Assembly (NCBI RefSeq): GCF_964188315.1
Contig: NC_135671.1
Coordinates: 26,350,001 to 26,414,000 of the forward strand
Length of the DNA stretch: 64,000 nt
Source of the DNA: Podarcis muralis
Taxonomy: Eukaryota
Direction of reading: 5' to 3'
Shown here: one piece after another, positions 12,287-25,330 of the stretch
Layout: each line of letters starts with the position of its first letter
Numbering within the stretch: the stretch's first letter is position 1
Notes under the pieces: model-generated
Database searches by the model: none
The model's input: only the letters and a program-made list of their open reading frames with translations
Told to the model about the DNA's origin: nothing
Made by a program: the position numbers and the translations under genes

Positions 12287-12813
12287 TAGAATCATAGAGT
12301 TGGGAGGGACCCAAGAGTCATCTAGTCCAACCCCCTACAATGCAGGAATCTCAGCTAAAGCATCCATGACAGATGGCCATCCAACCTCTGCTTAAAAACT
12401 TCCAGGGGAGGAGAGTCCACCACCTCTCATGGGAGTCTGTTCCACTGCTGTACAGCTCTTACTCTCAGAAAGTTTTTTCTGAATATTTAGTTGGAATATC
12501 CTTTCTTGTAACTTGAAGCCATTGGTTTGAATCCTACCCTCCAGAGGAGGAGAAAACAAGCATGCTCCCTCCTCCATGTGACAGCCCTTGAGATATTTGA
12601 AGATGGCTCTCATATCTCCTCTCAGTCTCTTCTTTTCCAGGCTAAACATACCCAGCTCCTTCAAGCGCTCCTCCTAAGGCTTAGTTTCCAGGCCCTTCAT
12701 TATCTTGGTTGCCCTCCTCTGCACACATTCCAGCTTGTCAACTTCCTTCTTAAATTGTGGTGCCCAGATTTGGACACAGTATTCTGGTTGTGGTCTGATC
12801 AACACAGAACTGA
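12287..12813 (-). mobile_element. CR1 LINE 3' part
   Basis: (TTCTATGA)-type tail. ORF KELGMFSLEKKRLRGDMRAIFKYLKGCH...GFKLQE. Confidence 0.93.
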
Positions 12814-13297
12814 GATTTATAAAAGGCAATCTAAAATATTCATTAACAAAACAAATAAAACGAACATGTAGAACAACTTACATTAAAAAACGCTAGAATT
12901 TTCAAAGCAGTTATACTTAATAAAATTGTGTGTTTAAAATTGCACACCAAAATTACATGTTTGGGTGGGCTTGCTATGTGTGTGGGGGGGGGGAGGTTTT
13001 TGTAGCCGTTGAAAACAATATTGTGAAGGCACATGATTAATATTAATGGGAAGGGAGTTGCAAGGATTGGGTGCTACCACACTAAAAGGTTCAGTTTCCT
13101 GCAGAATGAACACTATGTGGCACTTTATCACATACAAGAAACAGCGTAAAACTGATTAAAATTAAAATTAGGAACAGAGACAGCAGGTTAGAAGCCAATG
13201 AAGGTTTACAAAAACCTAAATATGTCAGCAGCCTGAAAAGTAAAATACCTGTCAAAATCAGCAGTCTTCATATGCAAGGTTATAATCATGCCTCCCC

Positions 13298-14060
13298 AAT
13301 GGTATTATTATTTCTTTTGATCTGGATGCTGTACTTCTGTTGATGTAGCTTAGAATTGCATTAGCTTTTTCTTTTCTTTTTTGCTGGTGCATCAACACTG
13401 CTCAAATTGTGGTCTACTAAGACCCCTAGATCCTTTTCACATGTCCTGCCTCCAAGCCAGGTGTCCTCCAGCCTATATTTGTGGAACTGATTATTCCTGC
13501 TGTCTGCATTTACAGTTGTCCTTATTGAAATTCATTTTTTTAGTTTTGGCCCAGTTCTCCAATCCGTCAAGGGCATCTTGAATCCTGATTGTATCTTCTG
13601 TGGTATTACCTATCCCTCCCAGTTTAGTGTAAAAAACAATAATAATGACTAGCATCTGCTCTATTCCTTCATCCAAGTAATTTATAAAGATGTTGAACAA
13701 CACTGGGCCAAGGCCAGAACCCTGTGGTACTTCTTACTTTTTTCCTGGATGACAAGGAACCATTGGTGAGCACTCTTTGTGTTTGGTCAGTCAACAGCTA
13801 CAAATCCACTAATAGTAATATAGTCTAGCCCATATTTCACCACCATCTCTGCAAGACTGTCATGGGGGACTTTGTTGAAAGCCTTACTGAAATCAAGATA
13901 CGTTACATCCACTGCATTCCCCTGTCAGCCAAGCTAGTAACTCTATCAAAAAAATAAGATTTGCCTGACATGACCTGTTTTTGAGAAACTCTTGCAGGCT
14001 CTTAGTTATCACAGCATCCTTTTCTAAGTGCTTACAGACCGATTGTTTAATTATCTGTTT
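13298..14060 (-). mobile_element. CR1 LINE continuation (RT domain), same element as 12287-12813
   Basis: ORF LFNIFINYLDEGIE...TKLGGI...IQDALDGLENWAKTKKMNFNKDNCK. Sequence resumes where the left piece stops when compared with the CR1 at 50720-50770. Confidence 0.9.
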
Positions 14061-15404
14061 CATTCCTTATAAAATCATCTCTCTTGATCCACTTGGAAAG
14101 TCAAGCCTGTTTTTGTTCTCCTTCTTTCTCTAGGCTTCGGACAAACAAGTGTGATGTCCTTTCAAGCTAATGATGTGACCATGGATTTATATTTGGAGAG
14201 CTGGTCAAGTTCATTTCGGGTTTATCAAGCTCATTTGAGCAAGCTTTGAAAAACAACACTTGATTGAGTACACTGAAGACACTTTGTTTATCCGTGTTGC
14301 TGGTCCCAATTTCTGTAGATAGAGGAAACACAGATGTGGTCTAGGATTTAAACTTAGTTTCCTGTTTGGGAGCAAACAATGTTACTTTTGGACCATTGAG
14401 AAAGCTTTCCTTTATGAGATTTTCAATCAGACCAATTAATAAATAGCTAGGCAGCCAAGACCTCGCTGAAGGGAAGTGCTGCATTTTGAAACAAAACTTT
14501 TAAACTGTAAATTTCAGAGTGTGCTGATAAGGTAGTCTGGAGACCGAGAAACTCTTGTTGTCTTATTATCCTTAGTATTGATTTAAGACTCACTACCTTG
14601 AGTCTTAGGTGAGGATAAATCTATTGAGTCTCATTAAAACCAGCATGCTACTGGAGCACTTGGTGTGTCTGGGACCAGTGAAATAGTTGGTATACATTTT
14701 TAGAAAATAATTCCTTTTCTTGAGAAGAAGAGCTATAAATACAGTATAAAATAGATGTCAATGAGTTTCCATAAACCCACTAACCTAAAATATTTGGACT
14801 GAGGGGAAGTAGTGTTGTGTAGCCCATCTTGAAATTAGTGTGGAACTGAATGCCTACATCCAGTTTTTCTAACTTGGGATCATTGGTTAGACTGTGTTCT
14901 ACAAAAACGCCTGAGAGTTTGGAGATGTTTTCCATTGTAGTTATGTCTGGATATGTATTTATAAGCCTCTCAAGATGTTATATCTAAGAGCATGATACAA
15001 GCGTGAATGGGCTCATGTGATTAATCTGGTGCAAGACTGTCCAAATTTAAAATATAGGTGGAGAATTAATAATCATACTATGCATTTATGTCATGCGTTT
15101 CAAGAATTCAAGATTACCAAAAATGTCTGAACGCATAAAAACCTTTAGACTGAATATTTCCTATATTTAAAAACACAAAAAAACAAATCCTGGATATATA
15201 AATACTAACACATCATAGAAAAGGTTTGGGTAACTAGAGCCTCTCTTTTTGACATGTAAGGTTTGTTTGTTCATATGTGTTTGTTCATTCAGGATTTTTT
15301 TTATGTTGGGCAGATGGGAATGTTCAAACGTTCAGTTGCTTACTCACAGCCTGATTACAGCCTACTACTGTATTGTTCAGAAGCAGGGAAGGGCTTCACC
15401 CTTG

Positions 15405-15530
15405 GTGTCTCTAGGTCAGGCTGGGAATGCCTCCCATCTGAACCCTGGGGACCTGCCACCAGTTTAGGGTAGACGATACAAAGGAAGATGGATCAATCAT
15501 TAGACATGGTATTCGGCAGCTTTCTGTGTC
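15405..15530 (+). mobile_element. 3' part of an old tRNA-Ala-type SINE with CR1-like tail (approximate bounds)
   Basis: ggctgggaa...tgaaccctgg...gtagacgatac...gatggatcaat...ggcagcttt is similar to the reverse complement of 35895-36075. Confidence 0.45.
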
Positions 15531-17239
15531 TGTGTATATCACATGAGATTACCAATCATTTGCCTTCACTCCTGGAGCTGCAATCCCATACACACACAAC
15601 TGGGATTACGGTATGTGCTATTGAACTCATTGGGACTTACATCCGAGTAGGCATATATGCAGAATTGTGCAGCAAGTTTGTCAGAGCAGCTTTATTTATT
15701 TCAATTTATACCCTATCTTCTTTTGTTCAAGGCGGCAGCTTGCAGTAGCTTTTAAGCCACAGGATCAAGTGTGACCTAATAAACTTGGTCTGTCTGTACA
15801 AATTCCATTATTTCCTAAATGATATGCCAGTGAGTCACATGACCTGAGGTTCTGGGCATATGGGCTATCTGACCACTAACAGAGGTCATTGATCTTGCTA
15901 TAAGGGACGATATATCATAGGACGTACATGCTGATAGGCTCAATGCCATTTGGAAACGTAGAAGACTTTTCCTCTGTGAATTTGCCTATAGAGTGGCTGA
16001 CAAGTCCTTATCTAGTTCTTCCAGCCAGCACACTAATGCGAGGGAGACAGTTGTCTTGGAATACTGCACTTTTGATTTGTTAGGGGAATATAAAGTCTGT
16101 TATCTGGTTTCAGCCATTTGGAGGATGAAAACTTGTTGGGCCTTTTGCAAATGTAGACATTTGCATTGCTGGGTAGCTGCAGGTTTTGTTTTGTTTTGTT
16201 TTGTTTTATTCTCTTTAATATTTTTATCCAGACAAGTTAGATGGCTTAGAGAAACCTGATCATCTTAGCTGCTATGTAAATAACAGTAAGCTACTGTGGT
16301 GCAGGAAAGAACTTGGAAATGGTATTCTGTTATACAGTAGCTTCAATTAACAGAGAACTGTATTTTTTTTCTTTTGCCAAATATTAAATAGAAACTAGAA
16401 AAAATCATTTGTATGCACAAGCCCTACCCATCCATTTTCTATAGCCCGTGACATGTGAAACTGTAACCATCAAGCTAAAGCTGAGTTCATGTTCTTAGGA
16501 CCAAAATAGCCCTGCCAGGCAAAAAATGTTTGTTGCATTTGTCTTGTTGCTGTGTCTGTTCCATTCATGAATAAAGTAGATGTGGTCTAATTTCTGTAGG
16601 AGATATTTGCAGAGGCAAGTTCCTTTTCTGTCCCTTTCCCTCTCCCTTCTGTCCCTGCATTCTAGGAATCTCCGGCTCTTTTCTCCCAGGGCAGTTCTGA
16701 TACTGGAAGTGTGCCAGAGCACGGCAAGATTAAGTTCAGGTGGATTCAGGTCCTTTCACATGCTGTCACCTTTCGTTATAAAAACTAGACCCACCCAATT
16801 TATATGTCAATTTGATAGAAATGGTTGCTTCTGTCATGTTTGGTTTGGCCTATAGCCTTCATTTAGTAGTGTAGAATTTAGATTTATGGAATAATATTGT
16901 TGCGAGCTGTTACATCTAAGATAGTTTTATGCAGAATAGCTTCTGTAGATTTACTTAGTGTAAAATATAGGTAAGTGCACTATAGGTAGTACACTACAGT
17001 TCCAGTGTCAAGCATTTTCTTTCTATGTGTTGATAAAAGGCATTGGAACTCTGTCTCAAACGAAATCTGGCAGAGTGGAATCAGCATTTACAAGGGCTGA
17101 AAATTGTTTTAATTATACTGGTTCTCTGAATTTTGTTGCTAGATTTCACACTCTAGTAGTTGGATATTTATGAACATGTGCTCTTGTTCATAATGACACT
17201 TTTTCTTAAATCTTAATTTTTTCTTAAATCTTAAAATAG

Positions 17240-17431
17240 CTTTACAATGAATTGACCATATGTTTTGAGAAACTCAAAGCAAGTGAGTTGGAGCTCCGGC
17301 AAAGTCAAGCTTCTCTCCAGAACCAACTACTTGAAAAAGAACGGCATATCAGTCAGCTGGAAGAACAACTTCAACAGGCTCTCAGCTCTCTGTTTTCAAA
17401 ACCTGAAAGTCCTTCAAAACAGAGAAAAGAG
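17240..17431 (+). CDS. CNTLN: Centlein coding exon C (LYNELTICFEKLKASELELRQ...SPSKQRKE)
   Basis: aatag acceptor, gtgaga donor, 192 nt (phase 0 to 0). Matches recalled human LYNELHICFETTKSNEAMLRQ. Confidence 0.92.
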
Positions 17432-17579
17432 GTGAGAGAAAAATTGTTGGCAAATAGTATTTTTAATTAACCCACTGTCCAAGTGAACAACCTGGTAGAT
17501 ATAACACCATGCACCCATGAAACAATCAAGCATCAACCAAGTTAAGTTTTTCTGCAGCACTTGCATTGTTGTTGTTCAC

Positions 17580-18640
17580 ACAAAAAATGAGAACACAAAA
17601 TACATCATGAAACTAAAACAAACCAATAACCCCCCTCCCACAAACACATTTAAAAGGCCATAAAATGTTTGATCAGCCCAATGCCTGGTTACAGAGAAAT
17701 GTTTTGCTTGGCACCTAAATATATGTAAAGAAGGTGCCAGGTGAGCCTCCCTGGGGAGAGCATTCCACAAAAGGGAGCCACCACAAAAGAGGCCTGTTCT
17801 CAGGTTGCCGCCCTCTGGACCTCTCATGGAGGGGGCACACGAAGAAGGGCCTCAGGTAATGATTGCAGGGTCTGAGTCACTTCATATTGGGAAAGGCCGT
17901 CCTTGAGGTATTGTAGTTCTGAGACATTTAAGGCTTCATGTGTCAAAACCAGCACTTTGAATTGGGACTGGAAATTAATTGGTAGCAAGTGCAGTTGGGC
18001 CAGGATCAGTGTACAGTGGTACCTCAGGTTAAGTACTTAATTCGTTCCGGAGGTCCGTACTTAACCTGAAACTGTTCTTAACCTGAAGCACCACTTTAGC
18101 TAATGGGGGCCTCCTGCTGCTGCCACGCCGCCGGAGCCCGATTTTTGTTCTCACCCTGAAGCAAAGTTCTTAACCTGAAGCACTATTTCTAGGTTAGCAG
18201 AGTGTGTAACCTGAAGCGTATGTAACCTGAGGTACCACTGTAATATACTCTAACTATCTTGCCCCAGTGAGTAACCTGGCCGTCAAATCCTGCACCAGGT
18301 GAAGTTTCTGAACTGCCTTCAGAGGCAGCTCAACATATAACACGTTGCAGTAATTTAACCTAGAGGTTACCAGAGCATAGGTGACAGAAGTTAGGCTATC
18401 CCTGTCCAGAATGGGGAATAGCTGGGCCACCAGCTGAGTCTCAAGGGACAGCAAAGGATCCAGGGGTACCCCCAAGTTATGTACCCACTCCTTCAGAGGA
18501 AGTGTAACCCCATCAAGAGCAGGCAACCTCCCCTCTGGAGAACCACCCACTAACAGTGCCTCGGTTTTATCCGGATTGAGCTTCAGTTTGTTGGCTCTCA
18601 TCCAATCCATTACCAAGGTTGCACAGCTGCATAGTTCATA
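17580..18640 (-). mobile_element. L2 LINE 3' fragment, interrupted by a MITE
   Basis: ORF DWMRANKLKLNPDKTEALLV...VTSRLNYCNVLYVELPLKAVQKLHLVQ, followed by the L2 3' region. Confidence 0.9.
18014..18240. mobile_element. pogo/Tigger-like MITE, family 2, nested in L2
   Basis: TIRs CAGTGGTACCTCAGGTTA / TAACCTGAGGTACCACTG, TA TSD (18012-3, 18241-2). Second copy at 52663-52901. Confidence 0.93.
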
Positions 18641-19656
18641 CATAGTTCATATAGGCCAGAGAGCTCCACATTCCAATGGAAGACTAACTTTTTAAATCCT
18701 GCGGGTGTAACGTTTGGTTAATTAATACCACCAACTGGTTGATTATGCACTCTTCAATCCGTTCAAATGTGCTTCCAATTAATTGGGTAGCAGGCTTTTA
18801 AAAAATTTGAATGCAAATCAAGAAGAATGGACACTGTTGTTGGAGAGGCATTTCACTTATTTTCTCATACAGAAGGGAATGCCTTTTCTAAGACAGGACA
18901 TTCCACCTGCTGGTGCTCTGTGATGGTGGCATGACCAGCATTTTGCTGTGAAGACAAACAGCAGTTTTCCAGGCTTAATATTGTTCTCCACCAGGGATAA
19001 CATACCTGTAGCTTTCTAAGTGCTTCTGGCTTCCAACTCCCACCAGCTCCAGTCAGCATGGTCAGTGATGATGGAAGTTGCCGTCTTAACAGCATTGGGT
19101 GGTGGTGGTCCAGGGTTTCCATTCCTGACTTGCACCATCCTCTCCCTGGTCCAGTTTCCTGTCACCCCCCACCCCCCGCTTGAGTTGACCCATGCTTAGC
19201 AGCGCTGGCCACAAAATGCGAACAAGCTTGCTGTTTCTCCTGAAATAATCTTGAAATTCTGGATCAATGGGCATATTCCTGCATTTATTTATTTTTAAGG
19301 TTGTTATGGGAATTTAATGTAAAAAACAAAAAAATACCTTTCCCTTCTTCAAAGTGGTCAGTTCTTCAGGTAAAATTGTGTACCTCTTTTAATCAATTGT
19401 TTTAAACCCATAAGATTAATCAGCTATGATTCTTGCCCCCCGTCCTTCCTATTTCAACCCTGTCCCTTTGGAAAAAACCTCCATAGTGAAATTTACTCAG
19501 TGGTTTGTGAACACATGGAATGAGTATTATTCATGTATTTATTTCCTTTGAGAAATGCAAATGATAATCCTGCTGATTCAAATAATAGTACTTAGGATAA
19601 TGTTCTTGAGTAATCCATACACATTTTATCTTCTGCATAAGCACCCCTATAGTAAC

Positions 19657-19658
<2 letters not shown>

Positions 19659-19689
<31 letters not shown>
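19659..19689. repeat. (GT)15 microsatellite
   Basis: Read directly. Confidence 0.95.
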
Positions 19690-19694
<5 letters not shown>

Positions 19695-21033
19695 GTTATC
19701 ATTTCTAACTTTCATTTCAGTAATTTCATTCACATCGCTAGCAAAATATTTGCAGAGACAGTATTCAGCTAAATGTGCTGAATACAAGGCTGATATTAAG
19801 CATTTCTGACCTTTGCCTCTTATTTACGGTTTCAGCCATGTGATGTTTAGAACCGTTTTATTTGAATTTAGTAGCTTCCCAACCCTGCAATGTGGTATGT
19901 TTGCATAGGTGGAATGCATAGACAGTTCTCTATTGCAAGGTGAGGAATATCCCATGTTCAAATAAATGTGGAGGGTCTCTGTGCAGTAACCATTTTTTGT
20001 TAATGGTAACAGGGCTGCTGGGAGCAGTGTATCAGCAACATTATTGTATGTAGAAAGGTGCACGATAGGAAACATAGTTTGAAAAGGTTGCAAGTGTTGG
20101 GTTTTACCATCTCTACGATCGGTTTAGCATGCAAGCCCCACCCCTGCCCTTTTGACTGAATTCTGTTATCCAGTAAGAAGTTTCAAGCCAGTAGCAAAGT
20201 GCCGTATCCGAAGTTTCTGTCTTCAGGACTTGTTGGTGAAGCTTAAATGTTTATATGCTTAATAAGCCAGCAAAGCGAATATCCATTTCCCACTCAAAGC
20301 AAAGGCAAGCAGTAAGAATGGGAAAGTGCAGGGCTTTATTATGGAAACAGCAACTCAACTTTAACTACTCTATAGTGGCAGTGTTCATGCCGCTATAATA
20401 AAACTTAAGAACGTTTTAGTAATTTTTTCCCCTACAATTATTCAAAATTACATTACCCTTACTGAAAACTGAATGGCTTTTAGTGGATTAATTAAACTGT
20501 AGCTGGTTTGCCATCTGGGTGCAGCTTGTTTAGCTGCTTTTCACAGAAAGATTTTTCACGGAATAAAGAGCATTTTTGTTGTTAGAAAGCAGCTGCTAGA
20601 GAATACTCTTTAAAATACAAATGATGTGTGCCCTAATAATTTATGTTGCTCTATATTAAAAATAATGTTGTGGAAAAAGAACTTTTTTAACATCTTATTT
20701 TTTTGTCAGTGATGCTTTGTTGAAGTCATGGAGCCTCTTACAAATCAGCTTTTATAAATATATTCACTTTTTCCCCCATTCGGGTTGCTCATGATATTGT
20801 GCTAAGAGTTCAGGGTTTAGGCTAGATGCAGAAGAGGAACTAAAAAGGAAGAGAGAATTAAGTAGATCTGATTTTATGGCTCAAGTGGTTTCATTAAATT
20901 AGAGTGCTGTGTGCTCCCGTTCATTAATGAACTTTTGCCATATGCTTTAACTGTTCTGGTCAATAGCTGATAAAGAGAAGCTTGTGTTAAAAAACAAATC
21001 TGGATAAAAATATCCCTGTGATGGGCTTTTATC

Positions 21034-21889
21034 NNNNNNNNNNNNNNNNNNNNNNNNNNNNNNNNNNNNNNNNNNNNNNNNNNNNNNNNNNNNNNNNNNN
21101 NNNNNNNNNNNNNNNNNNNNNNNNNNNNNNNNNNNNNNNNNNNNNNNNNNNNNNNNNNNNNNNNNNNNNNNNNNNNNNNNNNNNNNNNNNNNNNNNNNNN
21201 NNNNNNNNNNNNNNNNNNNNNNNNNNNNNNNNNNNNNNNNNNNNNNNNNNNNNNNNNNNNNNNNNNNNNNNNNNNNNNNNNNNNNNNNNNNNNNNNNNNN
21301 NNNNNNNNNNNNNNNNNCCATATGTTCTTGCGGCATCTTACTATGNNNNNNNNNNNNNNNNNNNNNNNNNNNNNNNNNNNNNNNNNNNNNNNNNNNNNNN
21401 NNNNNNNNNNNNNNNNNNNNNNNNNNNNNNNNNNNNNNNNNNNNNNNNNNNNNNNNNNNNNNNNNNNNNNNNNNNNNNNNNNNNNNNNNNNNNNNNNNNN
21501 NNNNNNNNNNNNNNNNNNNNNNNNNNNNNNNNNNNNNNNNNNNNNNNNNNNNNNNNNNNNNNNNNNNNNNNNNNNNNNNNNNNNNNNNNNNNNNNNNNNN
21601 NNNNNNNNNNNNNNNNNNNNNNNNNNNNNNNNNNNNNNNNNNNNNNNNNNNNNNNNNNNNNNNNNNNNNNNNNNNNNNNNNNNNNNNNNNNNNNNNNNNN
21701 NNNNNNNNNNNNNNNNNNNNNNNNNNNNNNNNNNNNNNNNNNNNNNNNNNNNNNNNNNNNNNNNNNNNNNNNNNNNNNNNNNNNNNNNNNNNNNNNNNNN
21801 NNNNNNNNNNNNNNNNNNNNNNNNNNNNNNNNNNNNNNNNNNNNNNNNNNNNNNNNNNNNNNNNNNNNNNNNNNNNNNNNNNNNNNNNN
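21034..21889. other. Two assembly N gaps (21034-21317, 21346-21889) separated by a 28-bp island
   Basis: N runs. Confidence 0.99.
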
Positions 21890-22984
21890 TTGAGTATGAT
21901 TGAGATTCTAATGTATAGAGATGATAATATATAACAAGCGTCGCTCCTGGTTTACTCCGTTATTGTGCATGATTTGATTTCTACTGGTGACAGAAGTGTA
22001 ACCGTTTTGCAAACTTTGGTGTAGCTGGCTTATAAGGCTGTGTTTGTTAGCAACAGTAAGACGGAAGAGCCAAACAACACCCTTTCCTTCCTAATCAAAC
22101 TAACTCTGCCTTCCCAAGCTAATATAAAACCGTATCACACAATTGCATGCTTGTAACCCCAGAGGAAACCTTAAGGTCCTCAGGTCTGACTCTGCATATG
22201 AGGCAAGATGCTCCATACACAAGCATTACTATATTGGATTAGAAAACACAATCTAGGTGTCACTGTGTTGAATGCAGAAAGAGTGTGCAAAATATACTTA
22301 AAATGGCGTGGAAAGGCGTTTAATTGGAGTCTCTGTAAAGTACTGACTGCATTCAACAAAATTGTTTGAAAGTCTTCTCTAGCACTGATAATGTGGTCAG
22401 CAATATGTAGCACAGTTTAGCATGAAATTAATGCTGCAGTTTTGATTTCAGTGAGGCATTGGAAAGGACTTAGAATGATAGTCACAGACAAAAGTCCAGA
22501 TGGCACCCCACACATTAACATGGGGCTTTAAGCTACAACAGGAGAAAGGTGTCCAAGTATTGCTGAACTGTCTGGCATGTGGACTCTGGATTATGGCCAT
22601 ATGCAACAATCATACAGAATTCATTATGAAGTCAGAGCTCTGTGAGTCGTCCCCCGCCCCTGCTCTCTGTCTGCATTAGGCATTCTTCATCGTGGACATG
22701 GAAGATTCCAAGATGTAGATGAAAATTGGCTAAGCTCATCACATCCTGATGTCTTTAGGCTCAATAAGGCTCAGTCCTGTTATGTTATGGAATGTTCTCA
22801 TGGTCTATAAAGTTGTGTTGTTGTGGCTTCCCTGATGAGTGCCCCATTTCTCTGAAAATTCTGTATTGCCTTCTAGGAATTGTAGTGTGGTCCCCATCCT
22901 TGTTGCCTTGTTTTCACTCCACAGTACCAACCATGGTGGAGTGCACCTTGAAAATTCAGCCTCCCCTAAATTCATTGTTCATTT

Positions 22985-23345
22985 AAAGGTTGTACCTTCT
23001 GGAACAACAAGTAGACTGAAGCTAGCCATCCTTTGACATTTGCATTTCCCCCTGAATTTCACAACGCAATTATCCAGCCTAGTAATAATGTGTACAGAAA
23101 TGCATATACTGGGGTAAAGTATGCATAAAATATTTGGGGAAATTTCTCTGCAAAAATGTGTATATTGGGCAAAATGATACACACAGGTTTGTATTAGCAG
23201 AATATCACATTCGAATCCTGATGAGGATGTGCTTATGTGTTTCAAAAAATTGCATGTGGAGACCTGAACTTAAGGCTGGAAAATGACAAACCAAGAGAAA
23301 ACAAAATTGACAGATTCTCTCCCCTCCTAATAACCACATTAAGGG
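22985..23345. mobile_element. Old squamate non-autonomous DNA-element relic, probably hAT-like (approximate bounds)
   Basis: atgcatatactggggtaaagtatgcataaaatatttgggga...aatgtgtatattgggcaaaat motif typical of a common lizard repeat. Termini not resolved. Confidence 0.4.
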
Positions 23346-25194
23346 CATGCAAGACTCAAAAGAAGTTAAGAGTAAATAATTTCTACACATTCCAGCTTTT
23401 CAGATCACCTAATCACCAAATCTGATTTATCATTCCAAGATGGAGAAGAATTTTGGGGGGAGGAGGGCAGAATGGTACTCAACTTACATTATAGCTGGGC
23501 CTTATATTTTGAACAGCTTGTATGCTATGCCTGGTAATTACAAATTTTGATGCTATTCCTCGCTATATAGTGTAGTAAATATTGTTACGATGTTTATAAA
23601 AATTGATTTTCCTTCGAACTTGCTAGCTGCATTTGTATAAAAACTAAGTTACTGCAGTGTTAACTAAGAAAAACAATTAGTGAGATGTTTCCTTTTCTCT
23701 TAGCACAGTTAGATACAGTGCATCTTCTCTATATGTTCAATGCAAACTTGCCATGTGAGCTGCACACATAACTATATGCATATTTCTTGTTAATGTCATT
23801 TCCTTATTAGGTTGATTCACATACAACCTACCATTGGTTCACATGCCCCTGCTTTCCCTCATGCACTCAGATTCATAGATCCAATTAAGAGTGCTTATGG
23901 ATTAGTGAAAGTATGCATCTTACCTGTGCCAGGCAGGTGCCAACTTTGAAAGTCAAGAGTATATTCAACCAATTCTGGCAAATCACCCACATTAGTCCAT
24001 CTAGTCTTACAAAATGCAGTGTGATCATATGGGCTTTCTTTTTGAGGCAGATTTTCATGTTATAAAATGAGCAAGTAGGAGAATTATCCTATTTTAGGAA
24101 TTATTATTTTTTATTTAGTATTCTACTTTGAGCTATTAGGACTAGTTGGCATTATTGCCCTGTGAGAAAAGAAACACACTTTTGACATATGAATGTGTAT
24201 TCCTGTTGGCTACACATTGGAGTGGATCCAGATTGCCTTCCATGGATGGAAAGACTACTATCTACAGATTACTTTTGATCCACTGAAGGAATCACACTGA
24301 GGCAGGGCTCTCAACATGCTAGAGCCACACAGGAACTTCAGAGGAATGAGGGAATTAGAAAGATGGTGGCTGAGGGAGAGGAGCCTGTTACCTGCTGCAC
24401 CTCCACGAACCACATACTGAAAAAAACTGCACATGCAAGTACAAATTAGATGGAGGATTTTAACACAAACTTGTATTGTGTTTCACAACTTGCCTGGTAG
24501 ATACAGTATAGTAATTCGGTATAGTCAGGTGCATGGAGTTCATTGCAGGTGAATGAACCCATTTTTTGTTTCAACTCGAGTGCCAAAATGTCTTGGGCCA
24601 GCCAAACAGGGTAGTAATTTCTTTTGCAGGCTAGTAACTTCATTTTTTTCTTTTATATATTAGCATAGTGGTAGCATTTGTTGATTTACAAGGAAGTTCT
24701 AATTAAATAAATATCCACTTTTGCTGCCTAGGAATTTCAGCACGTAATCCAAACCGGAGTTACATAAACCTTAAACCTTGCAATGTCTCATCCAGTAGCT
24801 GCTAACCGAGTTGTTTGGACATAGCGTGCTAATAAAGAAAAAGTTGAAGGGCAAATTCTGCAGTACATGGAAACATTTGACAGTTGTATAGTCCATACCT
24901 GTGTGCCGCAGCACAATTCTGTACGCACAAAAATGGTTTATGGATGCAGCCAATAATATCCAGATTATAATCTGCTACAGATAGAGAGCAGATAAAAGTG
25001 AACCAGGTCAAAGGAACCCATGACAAAGAATGAGTTTAGAAAAACAACCCCAAGTTAAGCAGAACTAAATTGAGGCTCACATAATGATTTTTCATACGCT
25101 ACAGTGGAAGTAAATGCATTGCCAAGTTTCCAACTAGTAGGAACAATTTATTCACCCATTTTCAATACATGGTAGCCAGACAGGGGCTCCATTC

Positions 25195-25330
25195 ATGGAA
25201 TCAGAGAACTATAGAGTTGGAAGGGACCCTGAGGATCATCTAGTCCTCCTGCAATGCAGGAATATGCAGCTGTGCTATACAGGGATTGAACCTGCAACAT
25301 TGGCATTATCAGCACCACACTCTCAGATGC
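25195..25330 (-). mobile_element. Squam2-like SINE (tRNA head plus CR1 tail), diverged
   Basis: CR1 tail atagagttggaagggaccc...atctagtcc...tgcaatgcaggaat joined to a tRNA-like gggattgaacc segment. Confidence 0.65.

Noticed and set aside
17201-17239. TTCTTAAAT resembling a U12 branch site
   Set aside because: The upstream donor is GTATGT, not GTATCCTT or ATATCCTT, so the intron is U2-type.
20947-21903. Long ORFs of 129-291 aa in the track (also 31084-31656 and 39007-39474)
   Set aside because: They consist of X residues from N gaps and are artefacts.
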